Of a stretch of 64,000 nt of DNA, positions 39,055-49,161 are shown in pieces (within the stretch, counting starts at the first letter, position 1; the number at the start of each line of letters is the position of its first letter). The DNA lies in the NCBI GenBank assembly GCA_031425055.1, contig JANPIO010000270.1, positions 493 to 64,492 on the forward strand, written 5' to 3'. Source of the stretch: Phormidium sp. VAR_61_metabat_6 (GTDB taxonomy: Bacteria > Cyanobacteriota > Cyanobacteriia > Phormidesmidales > Phormidesmidaceae). The translations under genes were made by a program, and so were the position numbers. The notes under the pieces are model-generated. The model did no database searches. It had not been told where the DNA came from and was given only the letters and a program-made list of their open reading frames with translations.

Positions 39055-40374
39055 ATGGCTCAGCCCAAGATTATTGTTTTAGATGACGACCCCACCGGTT
39101 CTCAAACAGTGCACAGCTGCCTGCTGCTGATGCGGTGGGACGTAGACACTCTGCGCCAGGGGCTGCGCGATGCCTCGCCGATTTTCTTTGTGCTGACCAA
39201 CACCCGCGCCCTCACCGCCGCCGCCGCTGAACAGGTGACCCGCGAGGTTTGCCAGCAGCTCAAACAGGCGATCGCCCTCGAAGGCATTCAGGATTTTCTT
39301 GTTGTCAGTCGCTCCGACTCGACCCTGCGGGGCCACTATCCGGTGGAAACCGATGCGATCGCCCAAGAACTCGGCCCCTTCGATGCCCACTTTTTGGTGC
39401 CCGCCTTTTTTGAAGGGGGTCGCATCACCCGTGACAGCGTTCACTACCTCATGGTGGATGGCGTACCTACTCCCGTTCACGAGACCGAGTTCGCCAAAGA
39501 TTCGGTGTTTGGCTACAGCACCAGCTATTTACCCGACTATGTAGCCGAAAAAACCGCTGGGCGCATCCCGGCTGAAGCAGTCGAACGCTTTGCCCTTGAA
39601 GATATTCATGCGGGGTCGCTAGAGCGGCTGATGGCCCTAGGGCACAACGTTTGCTGCGCCGTCGATGGCGAAACCCAGGCTGACCTAAACCAGTTTGCCC
39701 AGGACTTGCTCGCAGCAGCAGCCCAGGGCAAAAAATTTCTGTTTCGCAGCGCCGCCAGCATTCTTACGGCCCTAGCCGCCCTGCCCCCCCAGCCCATCGA
39801 TGCCAGTCACATGCGTACCTACGTGCGCGGTGGCCGCCCCGGAGCTATCATTGTCGGCTCCCATGTGAAGAAAACTACCCAGCAGCTAGAAACCTTGCTG
39901 AAAGAACCAGGCGTCACTGGCATTGAAGTCAATGTGGCTCAGCTCCGCGATGAGTCACCAGAAGCTCGCAAAGTGGTGTTAGTGGGTATTCTTCAGCGAG
40001 TCAACCAGGCCCACGACAACGGTCAGGTGCCCGTGGTCTACACCAGCCGCCAGGAACTCACCTTCGACACCGTTCAGGCCCGTCTCGACTTTGGTGTCGA
40101 AGTCTCTTCCCTGCTAATGGACGTAATTAGAGGATTGCCCGACGACATTGGATTTCTCATCAGCAAAGGCGGCATCACCTCGAACGACACTCTTAGCACT
40201 GGTCTAGCCCTGCGCACTGCCCGCCTGCTCGGCCAAATTCTACCCGGTGTCTCCGCCGTGCGCACCCCCGCCGATCATCCTCAATTCCCTGATTTGCCGG
40301 TAGTCTTGTTTCCCGGTAATGTGGGCGACGAGGGGGCGCTGACGCTGGCCTACCGGCGATTAATAGGTGAATAG
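39055..40374 (+). CDS. Four-carbon acid sugar kinase family protein (DUF1537)
   Basis: VLDDDPTGSQT, RSDSTLRGH, PAFFEGGRIT, ISKGGITS and FPGNVG. Confidence 0.9.
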   Translation: MAQPKIIVLDDDPTGSQTVHSCLLLMRWDVDTLRQGLRDASPIFFVLTNTRALTAAAAEQVTREVCQQLKQAIALEGIQDFLVVSRSDSTLRGHYPVETDAIAQELGPFDAHFLVPAFFEGGRITRDSVHYLMVDGVPTPVHETEFAKDSVFGYSTSYLPDYVAEKTAGRIPAEAVERFALEDIHAGSLERLMALGHNVCCAVDGETQADLNQFAQDLLAAAAQGKKFLFRSAASILTALAALPPQPIDASHMRTYVRGGRPGAIIVGSHVKKTTQQLETLLKEPGVTGIEVNVAQLRDESPEARKVVLVGILQRVNQAHDNGQVPVVYTSRQELTFDTVQARLDFGVEVSSLLMDVIRGLPDDIGFLISKGGITSNDTLSTGLALRTARLLGQILPGVSAVRTPADHPQFPDLPVVLFPGNVGDEGALTLAYRRLIGE

Positions 40375-40472
40375 GAAAGACGAGGAGATAACAAGAAGCT
40401 AAACCCTACAGGGATCAATTCGATAACAGAATTCATCCCCTATCTTCCTCATCTCATCATTTCCCCAAGCCC

Positions 40473-41384
40473 TCAACTCCGCGCCTCCTTGCGATCTTCC
40501 CGTAGATCCACGATTAGCTGCGCTAGCTGAACGCTGTTGGTACGGTAGACCTCATTGCAAAAATGACAGATCGCTTCGGCCCCGTCATCTGTTTCAATCA
40601 TGTCTTGCAGCTCATCTTCGCCCAGCATTTTGAGCGCACTCAGCATGCGATCGAAGGAACAGGGGCAAGAAAACTGCACCATTTGGGTTTCGGGCAAAAT
40701 TTCTAGGCCCAGATCACCCACCAGCTCCTCAAAGATCTGAGGCAACGTTTTGTTGGCCCGCAACAGAGGGGTGAAGCCAGTTAATCCGGCCAGGCGGCTT
40801 TCGATCAGATCCACTATTTCGGTATCTTCGGCGGCGCGGGGCAAAATTTGTAGCAGTAGGCCCCCAGATGCCTCCACCCCGTTGGCACCAACAAACACAC
40901 CCAGGATCAGGGCCGAGGGGGTTTGCTCAGAGCTAACTAGGTAGTGGGTGAGATCGTCGCCAATTTCCCCTGAGACTAGCTCAACGGTGCTGGAGTAGGG
41001 GTAGCCGTAGCCCATATCACGCACCACATAGACGTAGCCATTGCGGCCGACGGCTCCACCGACATCGAGTTTGCCCTGGGCATTGGGTAGTAACTCCACA
41101 GCAGGGTTATCCACATAGCCGCGGGCAGTGCCATCCATACCGGCATCTACCAGAATGCCGCCTAGGGGGCCGTCTCCCCGCACGCGAATGTTTACCCGAC
41201 CCTGGGGTTGTTTCATGCTGGAGGCTAACAGCAGACCCGCCGAAAGGGTACGCCCCAGAGCAGCAGTTGCTACGTAGGAGAGGTTGTGGCGCTGCCGGGC
41301 CACCTCAGTGAGTTTAGTGGTGATGACGCCTACCACCCGTATACCGCCATCGGCGGCGGTAGCCCGAATTAGTTGATCTACCAT
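40473..41384 (-). CDS. hslO: Hsp33 redox-regulated chaperone
   Basis: DQLIRATA, SGEIGDD and the zinc centre CPC...CHFC. Confidence 0.95.
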   Translation of the reverse strand: MVDQLIRATAADGGIRVVGVITTKLTEVARQRHNLSYVATAALGRTLSAGLLLASSMKQPQGRVNIRVRGDGPLGGILVDAGMDGTARGYVDNPAVELLPNAQGKLDVGGAVGRNGYVYVVRDMGYGYPYSSTVELVSGEIGDDLTHYLVSSEQTPSALILGVFVGANGVEASGGLLLQILPRAAEDTEIVDLIESRLAGLTGFTPLLRANKTLPQIFEELVGDLGLEILPETQMVQFSCPCSFDRMLSALKMLGEDELQDMIETDDGAEAICHFCNEVYRTNSVQLAQLIVDLREDRKEARS

Positions 41385-41559
41385 GCGCTGCCCTAGTGTT
41401 CACTTAATATTGCTTATTAATTATTGTAGAAGGTTTAGGGAGTGCGGGTTTGGGACGGTTTACCTATCCCCAGGAAAGAGCTTGTTTGCTGCCGCTGCGC
41501 CTGCATCCCATTGGTTTTCTTTTGGCATACTGGGAGGTGTTGTTTGCGGGCCACCACCT

Positions 41560-41946
41560 ATGCTAGGCACATTTCAGCACAGCCATCTCCGCATCGAAGT
41601 CAATGCCAACCAGGAGCATATTCAGGCCAGCTTGGTGCAGCCCAGTCAGTTTCGCCAGTGGCTTTGGCCTCAGCAGTTTAGCCAAGGGTTGCCTGGCAAG
41701 ATCCACAGTGGGCTGAGCTTTGACAGCTACCTTGGCCCGGTTGAAATTCACCACGAGGTTAAGCAAGTTAACGACCACAGCCTTTACATGGTGTTATCGG
41801 GAGGCATTGATGGCTTTCATGAATGGTATTGGGGCGATCAGTGGGTGCAGTCGCGGCTGGAGGGAGTGTCGGCCCTGCCCCTCAATCTGGGCCAAAGCCT
41901 GGTGATGGCTCGATTGCGGCAGTTTTTGCAGCAGCCTGCTCTTTGA
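41560..41946 (+). CDS. Conserved cyanobacterial hypothetical protein (SRPBCC-like fold suspected)
   Basis: MLGTFQHSHLRIEV...GGIDGFHEWYWG..WVQSRLEGVSALPLNLGQ. Confidence 0.75.
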   Translation: MLGTFQHSHLRIEVNANQEHIQASLVQPSQFRQWLWPQQFSQGLPGKIHSGLSFDSYLGPVEIHHEVKQVNDHSLYMVLSGGIDGFHEWYWGDQWVQSRLEGVSALPLNLGQSLVMARLRQFLQQPAL

Positions 41947-41972
41947 GGTTTGCCCAAAGCGTTTAACTGCAC

Positions 41973-42446
41973 TCACGATAAAGGCACCTGCCCCAGCACT
42001 CGGACTAGCTCGTCTAAGAACTGGCCCTGGGCTTTAATGATGCGTTTCTTCGCCTCTTCTAGCTCAAACCAGGCGGCTTGATCCACCTCGGGAAATTCTC
42101 GCAGCACGCCTGAGTTGGGCGGCCACTCTAAGACGAATGTATTGCTGTGCAGCTTTGCAGGGTTAAAGTTGCCCTCAAAGGCCCAGGCAAAGACTAGCTT
42201 GCCCCCTGCCTGGCGTACCGGCTGTAGGGGGCGAAAGCTGCCGGTCGGGACTTGCCCCGTTTCTTCTAAAAATTCGCGCTTGGCGGCTTCAAAGGTGTCT
42301 TCTCCCGGATCAATTTCGCCTTTGGGAATTGTCCAGGCTTGCCAGCGGCGATTGGCCCAGTAGGGGCCACCTGAATGCACCAACAGCACTTCAAGGTGGC
42401 GATCCTGAGTCCGATACATGAGTAGCCCTGCGCTTTTTTTAGCCAT
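41973..42446 (-). CDS. NUDIX hydrolase
   Basis: Nudix box GEIDPGEDTFEAAKREFLEETG and FPEVD. Confidence 0.92.
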   Translation of the reverse strand: MAKKSAGLLMYRTQDRHLEVLLVHSGGPYWANRRWQAWTIPKGEIDPGEDTFEAAKREFLEETGQVPTGSFRPLQPVRQAGGKLVFAWAFEGNFNPAKLHSNTFVLEWPPNSGVLREFPEVDQAAWFELEEAKKRIIKAQGQFLDELVRVLGQVPLS

Positions 42447-42769
42447 GGCAGCGATCGCGCCATACCCTAGCCCACTTAGCTAGACTTGGGTATGTCATCC
42501 TCAAGTAATTAGCAGTCACGACCTCAGACAAGGAACTCATTCGACTATCCGATTGTAGCTGGCGGGTCTAAAAACACTTAATTTGACCTGTCCTTAGCTT
42601 TCCCAAAGTGCCCCAAGGACATCCTCAAACCAGCCCTAAACTGAGTCGATTAACCAAAAATAGTTTGGAGAAACCGGCTAGAGGTCAGTAGCTTGCCCTA
42701 GCATACCTATAGCCTAGGTCTACGGATCAAAACAGCTTTAGGTTACTAATAGAAGCAGCAACGTTAACT

Positions 42770-43306
42770 ATGCCCTATCACTGCGATCTTAGCCCTGGCC
42801 AAAAGATATATCTTGACAACCCCGGGCCCAATACTGTTGTTACCCTGACCAGTGCTGGGGCTGGCCAACAGCAGCAGTCCAGCGCTCGGGTGCCTACTGG
42901 CCCATGGACAGAGGTACCTCAAATAGTCAGGGTTGGCGACGGGGTGCTCCTACGCTGTGTTACGGCCCAGGGCACATTTTTATGGCAAATTCAGGGTATG
43001 CAGATTGAAGTCGCGCGTGCCACGGCCTGGGCTGCTGACCAGGCTACTCCCATGCAGGCAACCGAGGTTGGCCCTCCGATCGCCTCGATACCACCCATGC
43101 CTTCTATCCAGCCCATGCCGCCCATGGCCCCCATGCAGATGGGCAATATGGAAATGTCGCTCAACCCCATGACCATGCGTATGGGTAAGATGACCCTCGG
43201 GCCGGATACGCCGACGGTTAATACCCAGAGGTTTTGTACCCAGTGCGGGGCTGCGATCGCTCAGGGCGATCGCTTCTGTGGTAGCTGTGGTCATCAGCTA
43301 CCTTAG
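42770..43306 (+). CDS. Zinc-ribbon domain protein with a Met/Pro-rich linker
   Basis: C-terminal FCTQCG...DRFCGSCG and GQQQQSS. Confidence 0.85.
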   Translation: MPYHCDLSPGQKIYLDNPGPNTVVTLTSAGAGQQQQSSARVPTGPWTEVPQIVRVGDGVLLRCVTAQGTFLWQIQGMQIEVARATAWAADQATPMQATEVGPPIASIPPMPSIQPMPPMAPMQMGNMEMSLNPMTMRMGKMTLGPDTPTVNTQRFCTQCGAAIAQGDRFCGSCGHQLP

Positions 43307-43317
43307 CCTTTGACTCC

Positions 43318-43344
43318 AAAAAAACGGGGGAAGTAATTCCCCCG
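43318..43344 (-). terminator. Intrinsic terminator downstream of aqpZ
   Basis: CGGGGGAA-GTAA-TTCCCCCG preceded by an A7 run, which is a U-tract on the minus strand. Confidence 0.7.
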
Positions 43345-43426
43345 ATCTCGGTCAGCAATTTCCAGGTTGAAACCCAGAGTCTAAGCCGCTAGGGCAAACT
43401 AGCAGTTGAGGGTCTGGGTTTTTGCC

Positions 43427-44194
43427 CTAGACAACTGGCCTGGCGCTCTCAACTTGAGCCGCTGGCTCTCTATCGGCGGCAAAGAATGTGACATAGAACC
43501 ACCCTGCTAGCAGCGCCCCTAAAATAGGTGCTACCCAGAATAGCCATAGCTGGGCAAACAGCGGGCCACCGACAAACAGAGCTGGGCCGGTGCTGCGAGC
43601 GGGGTTCACAGAGGTATTGGTCACTGGAATGCTGATCAGGTGAATTAGCGTCAGCGCTAGGCCAATCGCTACTGGGGCTAGGCCCACTGGGGCGCGAAAG
43701 TCAGTAGCTCCCAGGATGATCATCAAGAAAAAGAAGGTCATCACCACTTCACACACGAAGCAGGCTAACAGGCTAAACCCACCCGGTGAGTGATTTCCAA
43801 AACCATTAGTCGCCAAAGGATTGCCCACAGCGGGGTCAATGGCAAACCCTGGCTGGCCGGTGGCAATGATATAGATAATGCCAGCCCCGACAATGCCCCC
43901 CAACACCTGGGCCACAATGTAGGGTAGCAGTTCGCTGCTGGGGAACCGTCTTCCAGCCCACAGCCCGAAGGACACCGCCGGATTGAGATGACACCCTGAG
44001 ATATGACCAATGGCATAGGCCATAGTCAGCACCGTCAAACCAAAGGCCAGCGAAACCCCTAAGAAGCCGATGCCCAGGTTAAAGTCACCACTGCTGTCTA
44101 AAAACTTACCGGCCAGCACGGCGCTACCACAGCCGCCCAGTACCAGCCACAATGTCCCAAAAAACTCAGCCACACAACGCTTTGTGAGAGGCAT
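43427..44194 (-). CDS. aqpZ: Aquaporin Z
   Basis: [19 protein letters not shown] and TSVNPARS. Confidence 0.96.
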   Translation of the reverse strand: MPLTKRCVAEFFGTLWLVLGGCGSAVLAGKFLDSSGDFNLGIGFLGVSLAFGLTVLTMAYAIGHISGCHLNPAVSFGLWAGRRFPSSELLPYIVAQVLGGIVGAGIIYIIATGQPGFAIDPAVGNPLATNGFGNHSPGGFSLLACFVCEVVMTFFFLMIILGATDFRAPVGLAPVAIGLALTLIHLISIPVTNTSVNPARSTGPALFVGGPLFAQLWLFWVAPILGALLAGWFYVTFFAADREPAAQVESARPVV

Positions 44195-44483
44195 TGCTTA
44201 CCACTCCTACCAATGAAGTTTATAAAGCCGATTAGTATTGTTCGACACAAACTGCGATCGACAACCCAATCTCTCCCGGCCAGAGTACCGTAAGACTATA
44301 AAAGTTTGATAAGACCGAGGAATACCAACCCCTCTTGCCATTGCCACGCCTATTCCCGTAGCCTGTTAACCTGAGATAGACACGATGCCTTGGTGCCACA
44401 AAATATTGTTCATGGGTCCCCCAAGGAGCCATCAGCCTCAGCATCGTTAACCCTCAGGCTCTTTAATCAACACCGCACTCATC

Positions 44484-46637
44484 ATGGGAATGCAAGTTTG
44501 GCCAGGTCGTCCCCATCCTTTGGGTGCCACGTGGGATGGCACAGGCACCAACTTCGCCCTGTTTTCAGAAAATGCCACTGGGGTCGATCTCTGTCTTTTT
44601 GATGCGGCTGATCAGGAAACCCAAATTCCTTTGACTGAGGTTGATAACCACGTATGGCACGGCTATTTAGTTGGGGTCGGGCCTGGGCAGCGCTATGGTT
44701 TCCGGGTACAGGGTCCCCATCATCCCAAGGCTGGACAGCGATTTAACCCCCATAAGCTGCTCATTGACCCCTATGCTAAGGCCGTGGATGGTGATGTACA
44801 GTTTGACCCGGCTATTTTTGGCTATGACTTAGACGCAACGAACGATCTTGAAAACCTCGATTTGTCGTTTTCCGAGGTCGATAGCGCCCCGTTTATGCCC
44901 AAGGCTGTGGTAATTGACCCCAGCTTTGACTGGGAGGGCGATCGCCCCCTTGATATTCCCTGGCATCGCACTATTATTTACGAAACCCACGTTAAAGGGC
45001 TCACCCAGTGCCACCCCGACGTACCAGAACCGCTGCGGGGTACCTATGCCGGGCTGGCCCACCCAGCGGTGATTGGCCACCTCAGCCGCCTGGGCATTAC
45101 CGCCGTAGAACTGCTGCCTGTCCACCACTTTCATGCCTATCCGGGGCATCTAGCCAACACAGGACTGCGCAACTACTGGGGCTACGACTCGCTCAGCTAC
45201 CTGGCCCCCTACGGCGGCTATAGCAGTGCTGGGCAGACTGGTGGCCAGGTCGGCGAGTTTAAGCAGATGGTCAAAGCGCTACATCAGGCCGGCATTGAAG
45301 TCATCTTAGACGTGGTCTACAACCACACCGGAGAGGGCAGCCACTTAGGGCCGACCATCAGCCTACGGGGCATCGACAATGCAGCTTACTATCGCTTGGT
45401 AGAAGATGCTCCCCGCTACTACATGGACTTCACTGGCTGCGGCAACTCTCTCAACGTGCGCCATCCACAAGTGCTCAAGCTGATTATGGATAGCTTGCGC
45501 TATTGGGTGCTAGAAATGCACGTCGACGGCTTTCGCTTTGACCTAGCCTCGGCTTTGGCTCGAGAACTGTACGAAGTCGATAGTTTGGCGGCTTTTTTCG
45601 ACATCATCTACCAAGATCCGGTGCTGTCCACCATTAAGCTGATCGCCGAACCTTGGGACTTAGGGGAAGGGGGCTATCAAGTGGGTAACTTTCCGCTGCT
45701 GTGGTCAGAGTGGAACGGCAAATACCGCGATTCCATGCGTGATTTCTGGCGCGACCATGACTGTCGCCTCGGCGAGTTTGCCGTTCGAATTACCGGCAGT
45801 TCTGACCTGTATAAGGCCAATGGCAAACGTCCCCACGCCAGCGTTAACTTCATCACCTGCCACGACGGCTTTACCATGCGGGATTTGGTGAGCTACAACG
45901 AAAAGCACAACCTGGCCAACCACGAAAATAACCGCGACGGCGAGAGCTATAACCGGTCCTGGAACTGCGGGGCTGAGGGCGAAACTGACGACCCAACCAT
46001 TCTGGCCCTGCGCCACAAGCAGCAGCGCAACTTGCTGGCTACACTGCTCCTCTCCCAGGGGGTTCCTATGCTGCTCGGTGGGGATGAGATCGGCCGTACT
46101 CAGCAGGGCAACAACAACACCTACTGCCAAGACAGCGAGTTGTCTTGGTTCGATTGGGATCTGAGCCTCCTAGGATGTGAGCTGCTGTCGTTTACTAGCA
46201 AGTTGATTCAGCTCCGCCAAGCCCACCCCTCCTTTGCCCGTCGCCACTGGTTTCAGGGGCGCGCAATTCATGGATCTGGGGTTCATGACATCGGCTGGTA
46301 CAACCCCGACGGCAGCGAAATCACAGCCGATCAGTGGTATGGCGGCTCGGCCAAGGCGATCGCGGTATTCCTCAATGGCGAAGAACTGATGGGCTTTGAG
46401 GCTCAGGGGCAGCGGCTAGAGGACGACAACTTCTTGCTGTTTTTTAATGCCCAATCAGATTCGCAAGATTTTTATGTGCCACCCCTGCTTAAAAACCTGT
46501 CCTGGTCGATGGTGATTAACACTGAAAAACCTGCTGGCTTCGTAAATGAAAGGCAGGTTTACAAACCCGGAGAAGCGATCGCCGTGGCTGACTTTGCGCT
46601 AGTCGTACTCACCAGCCCCAAACCTACTGTGGGCTAA
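44484..46637 (+). CDS. glgX: Glycogen debranching enzyme / isoamylase
   Basis: PLGATWDG, NYWGYD, DVVYNHT, DGFRFDLA, AEPWD and NFITCHDGF. Confidence 0.96.
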   Translation: MGMQVWPGRPHPLGATWDGTGTNFALFSENATGVDLCLFDAADQETQIPLTEVDNHVWHGYLVGVGPGQRYGFRVQGPHHPKAGQRFNPHKLLIDPYAKAVDGDVQFDPAIFGYDLDATNDLENLDLSFSEVDSAPFMPKAVVIDPSFDWEGDRPLDIPWHRTIIYETHVKGLTQCHPDVPEPLRGTYAGLAHPAVIGHLSRLGITAVELLPVHHFHAYPGHLANTGLRNYWGYDSLSYLAPYGGYSSAGQTGGQVGEFKQMVKALHQAGIEVILDVVYNHTGEGSHLGPTISLRGIDNAAYYRLVEDAPRYYMDFTGCGNSLNVRHPQVLKLIMDSLRYWVLEMHVDGFRFDLASALARELYEVDSLAAFFDIIYQDPVLSTIKLIAEPWDLGEGGYQVGNFPLLWSEWNGKYRDSMRDFWRDHDCRLGEFAVRITGSSDLYKANGKRPHASVNFITCHDGFTMRDLVSYNEKHNLANHENNRDGESYNRSWNCGAEGETDDPTILALRHKQQRNLLATLLLSQGVPMLLGGDEIGRTQQGNNNTYCQDSELSWFDWDLSLLGCELLSFTSKLIQLRQAHPSFARRHWFQGRAIHGSGVHDIGWYNPDGSEITADQWYGGSAKAIAVFLNGEELMGFEAQGQRLEDDNFLLFFNAQSDSQDFYVPPLLKNLSWSMVINTEKPAGFVNERQVYKPGEAIAVADFALVVLTSPKPTVG

Positions 46638-46641
46638 GGCG

Positions 46642-47004
46642 ATGCTGACCTACGAATGCATCTACGCTGTAGTCCGCCAAATTCCTCGAGGTCAGGTCGC
46701 CACCTACGGCCAGGTGGCTGAGCTGGCCGGGCTGGTTGGCAAACCCCGCTTAGTTGGCTACGCCCTTTACCGGGTTGACATGGCTACCGACGACGTCCCC
46801 TGGCAGCGAGTGATCAATGCCAAAGGAGAAGTCTCCGAGTCACCCCGTCGCAACGGCAGCGACTATATTCAGCGGGCCATGCTAGAAGACGAAGGCATTG
46901 AGTTTGACCACGGAGGTCGTATTGACCTAAGCCAATATAGATGGTGCCCGCCCGATGACTCCATCGAGCGGGCACTGGCGGCATTTAGGGAACAATCAAA
47001 CTAG
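46642..47004 (+). CDS. Alkyltransferase-like protein (ATL; MGMT family, Cys replaced by Trp)
   Basis: IPRGQVATYGQVA and PWQRVIN in place of PCHRV. Confidence 0.9.
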   Translation: MLTYECIYAVVRQIPRGQVATYGQVAELAGLVGKPRLVGYALYRVDMATDDVPWQRVINAKGEVSESPRRNGSDYIQRAMLEDEGIEFDHGGRIDLSQYRWCPPDDSIERALAAFREQSN

Positions 47005-47014
47005 GGCGGTTAGC

Positions 47015-47998
47015 CTAGTCTACAGCCACGGCCACTTCTTCCTCTTCGTAGACTTCTTCAGGCTCAGGCTCGTCGATGATTTCACCGGCTTGCTCAGCGG
47101 CCTGACGACGCAGGGCTTCGCGGTACTTTGCAGCCATTTCCTCAGCCTTGTCGTAAACCAGATCAGGGTTCTTGACCATGTCACCTGGTTCGGGCTCTAG
47201 CTGCTTAGTCGAGAGAGAAATCCGGCCTCGCTCAGCATCGAGGTCGATGATCATGACCTTGATTTCGTCGTTGACGTTGAGCACACTGTGAGGCGTGTCG
47301 ATGTGGTCGTGAGAAATCTCAGAGATGTGCAGCAAACCGCTAACGCCGCCGATGTCGATAAAGGCACCGTAGGGTTTGAGGCCGCGCACCGCGCCCAGCA
47401 CTACTTCGCCCACTTGAAGACCATTCATCTTGCGCTCAACTAGAGCACGACGATGGCTGAGCACGAGACGGTTGCGCTCCTCATCGACTTCTAGGAACTT
47501 GAGGGGTAGGTCTTCACCCACCAGGTCTTCTTTTGGCTTGCGGGTGCTGATGTGAGATCCGGGGATAAAGCCACGCAGACCTTCAATGCGCACCAAGGCA
47601 CCGCCTCGGTTGGTGGCAAACACGCCAGAACGGACGGTGGCGTCTTCCTGCTGAAGCTGGCGTACCCGTTCCCAGGCGCGCATGTACTCAATGCGACGAA
47701 TGGAAAGCGTTAGCTGACCGTCTTCGTTTTCGTCGGTAAGAATAAAGAACTCGCGGGTTTCATTGGAGCGCAGCACCTCTTCAGGGTGATCAACCCGGTT
47801 GATGGACATTTCCTGAATAGGGAGATAAGCGGCGGTTTTAGCACCGATATCAATCAGGGCGCCCCTGGGCTCAAGGCTAAACACGGTGCCAGAAACCGTA
47901 TCGCCTGGGTTGAAGTGATAGTCGTACTTATCTAAAAGTGCGGCAAAGTCTTCGTGTGTAAACCCGATGTCAGCGTCCTTTACGTCCTGATTGAGCAT
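47015..47998 (-). CDS. rps1: 30S ribosomal protein S1 (cyanobacterial three-domain form)
   Basis: FAALLDKYDYHF, LIDIGAK, GFIPGSH and GLLHISEIS. Confidence 0.97.
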   Translation of the reverse strand: MLNQDVKDADIGFTHEDFAALLDKYDYHFNPGDTVSGTVFSLEPRGALIDIGAKTAAYLPIQEMSINRVDHPEEVLRSNETREFFILTDENEDGQLTLSIRRIEYMRAWERVRQLQQEDATVRSGVFATNRGGALVRIEGLRGFIPGSHISTRKPKEDLVGEDLPLKFLEVDEERNRLVLSHRRALVERKMNGLQVGEVVLGAVRGLKPYGAFIDIGGVSGLLHISEISHDHIDTPHSVLNVNDEIKVMIIDLDAERGRISLSTKQLEPEPGDMVKNPDLVYDKAEEMAAKYREALRRQAAEQAGEIIDEPEPEEVYEEEEVAVAVD

Positions 47999-48220
47999 GC
48001 TAGTGTTGTCCTATTATTTCTCCGTAATACTGCGGTTTCCGTGTAGACGTACAAAACAATCAACTCAGATATGTGACAGTCAGCCCCCACGCCATAGCGT
48101 GCCGACATAGACAGCCCGATAAACCCACAGGATTAAAATTATAGCTGAATAGGCGGTGTTGTTGATCTACGCCGTCAGGATTGGTTTCGGTTTGGCGTTC
48201 ACTTCACTGCAACTACTAGC

Positions 48221-48742
48221 TTACAGAGATTGGGCAGAAATCACGTAGGTTGAGGACTGCCCATTTCCCGTACCGCCCTCAGAGCGATCGCCCTGAAGCT
48301 GACTCAGGGTTTCGGCAAAATCGCGAATGCCTTGAAACTGACGATACACTGAGGCAAATCGCACAAAGGCCACCTCATTCATAGCTTGGAGCTTAGCCAG
48401 CACCATTTCACCAATTTCAGCGCTGGTCACCTCGCGGGTAGCCCGCTGCTGAAGTTCGGCCTCAATGTCATCGACGATCGCCTCCATTGCCAGAGACGAC
48501 ACCGGCGTTTTTTCGCAGGCTCGCACTATACCCCGCAGCACCTTGGAGCGTTCAAACAGCTCTCGATCGGTGCTGCGCTTGATCACTGTAACGGGCACAT
48601 ACTCAATGCGCTCGTAAGTCGTGAATCGTCGCTCGCATCGCAAGCATTCTCGTCGCCGGCGAATGCTGCGTCCCGCCTCCGCCGATCGCGACTCTAAGAC
48701 TCGGTTATTCAGATGCTGACAGAACGGGCAATGCATAGACAC
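48221..48742 (-). CDS. nrdR: Transcriptional repressor NrdR
   Basis: CPFC...[20 protein letters not shown]-cone and [10 protein letters not shown]. Confidence 0.97.
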   Translation of the reverse strand: MSMHCPFCQHLNNRVLESRSAEAGRSIRRRRECLRCERRFTTYERIEYVPVTVIKRSTDRELFERSKVLRGIVRACEKTPVSSLAMEAIVDDIEAELQQRATREVTSAEIGEMVLAKLQAMNEVAFVRFASVYRQFQGIRDFAETLSQLQGDRSEGGTGNGQSSTYVISAQSL

Positions 48743-48799
48743 ACTCCCAATGGGAGAAAAAAGACCAGGTCAGAATGCCTTAACGTCATTGCGACCTGG

Positions 48800-48842
48800 A
48801 AAAAATAAAGGCAAACCTTTCCATGGGCGGAAAGGCTTGCCT
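48800..48842 (-). terminator. Intrinsic terminator / stem-loop after psbB-psbT
   Basis: 14-bp stem with one mismatch (AGGCAAACCTTTCC/GGAAAGGCTTGCCT) followed on the minus strand by TTTATTTTTT. Confidence 0.7.
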
Positions 48843-48947
48843 CTATATTAATTAAATTGTGAGAAAACAATCGAAATGGCCGGAAAGTCCTGCCAAATTT
48901 GTGCAAATTTCAAACCAACCTGGGTCTAAGTGACTAGGTCGTGAGAA

Positions 48948-49046
48948 TTAGTCCTTAGAAATGCGGGGGGGTTCGCGAAAGGCGATCGCAAAGAACAGGG
49001 TGCCAATGATGCAGGCAAAAATGAAGATGTAAGCGACGGCTTCCAT
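48948..49046 (-). CDS. psbT: Photosystem II protein T
   Basis: [32 protein letters not shown] (32 aa), read by hand. Too short for the ORF track. Confidence 0.96.
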   Translation of the reverse strand: MEAVAYIFIFACIIGTLFFAIAFREPPRISKD

Positions 49047-49161
49047 GGTGAAAAAGGCTCCTATCTCAACCGGGTTATCTTTAGTTTACAAGGATTAGAT
49101 GTAAAGTGCCCGACGGATGATCTTCTCGAATCAACCGCCGGGCACCTTAGCTCACGGGAAA

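Noticed and set aside
46642-47004. Active O6-methylguanine methyltransferase
   Set aside because: The active-site Cys is replaced by Trp (PWQRV), so it is the known ATL type, neither a novelty nor a pseudogene.
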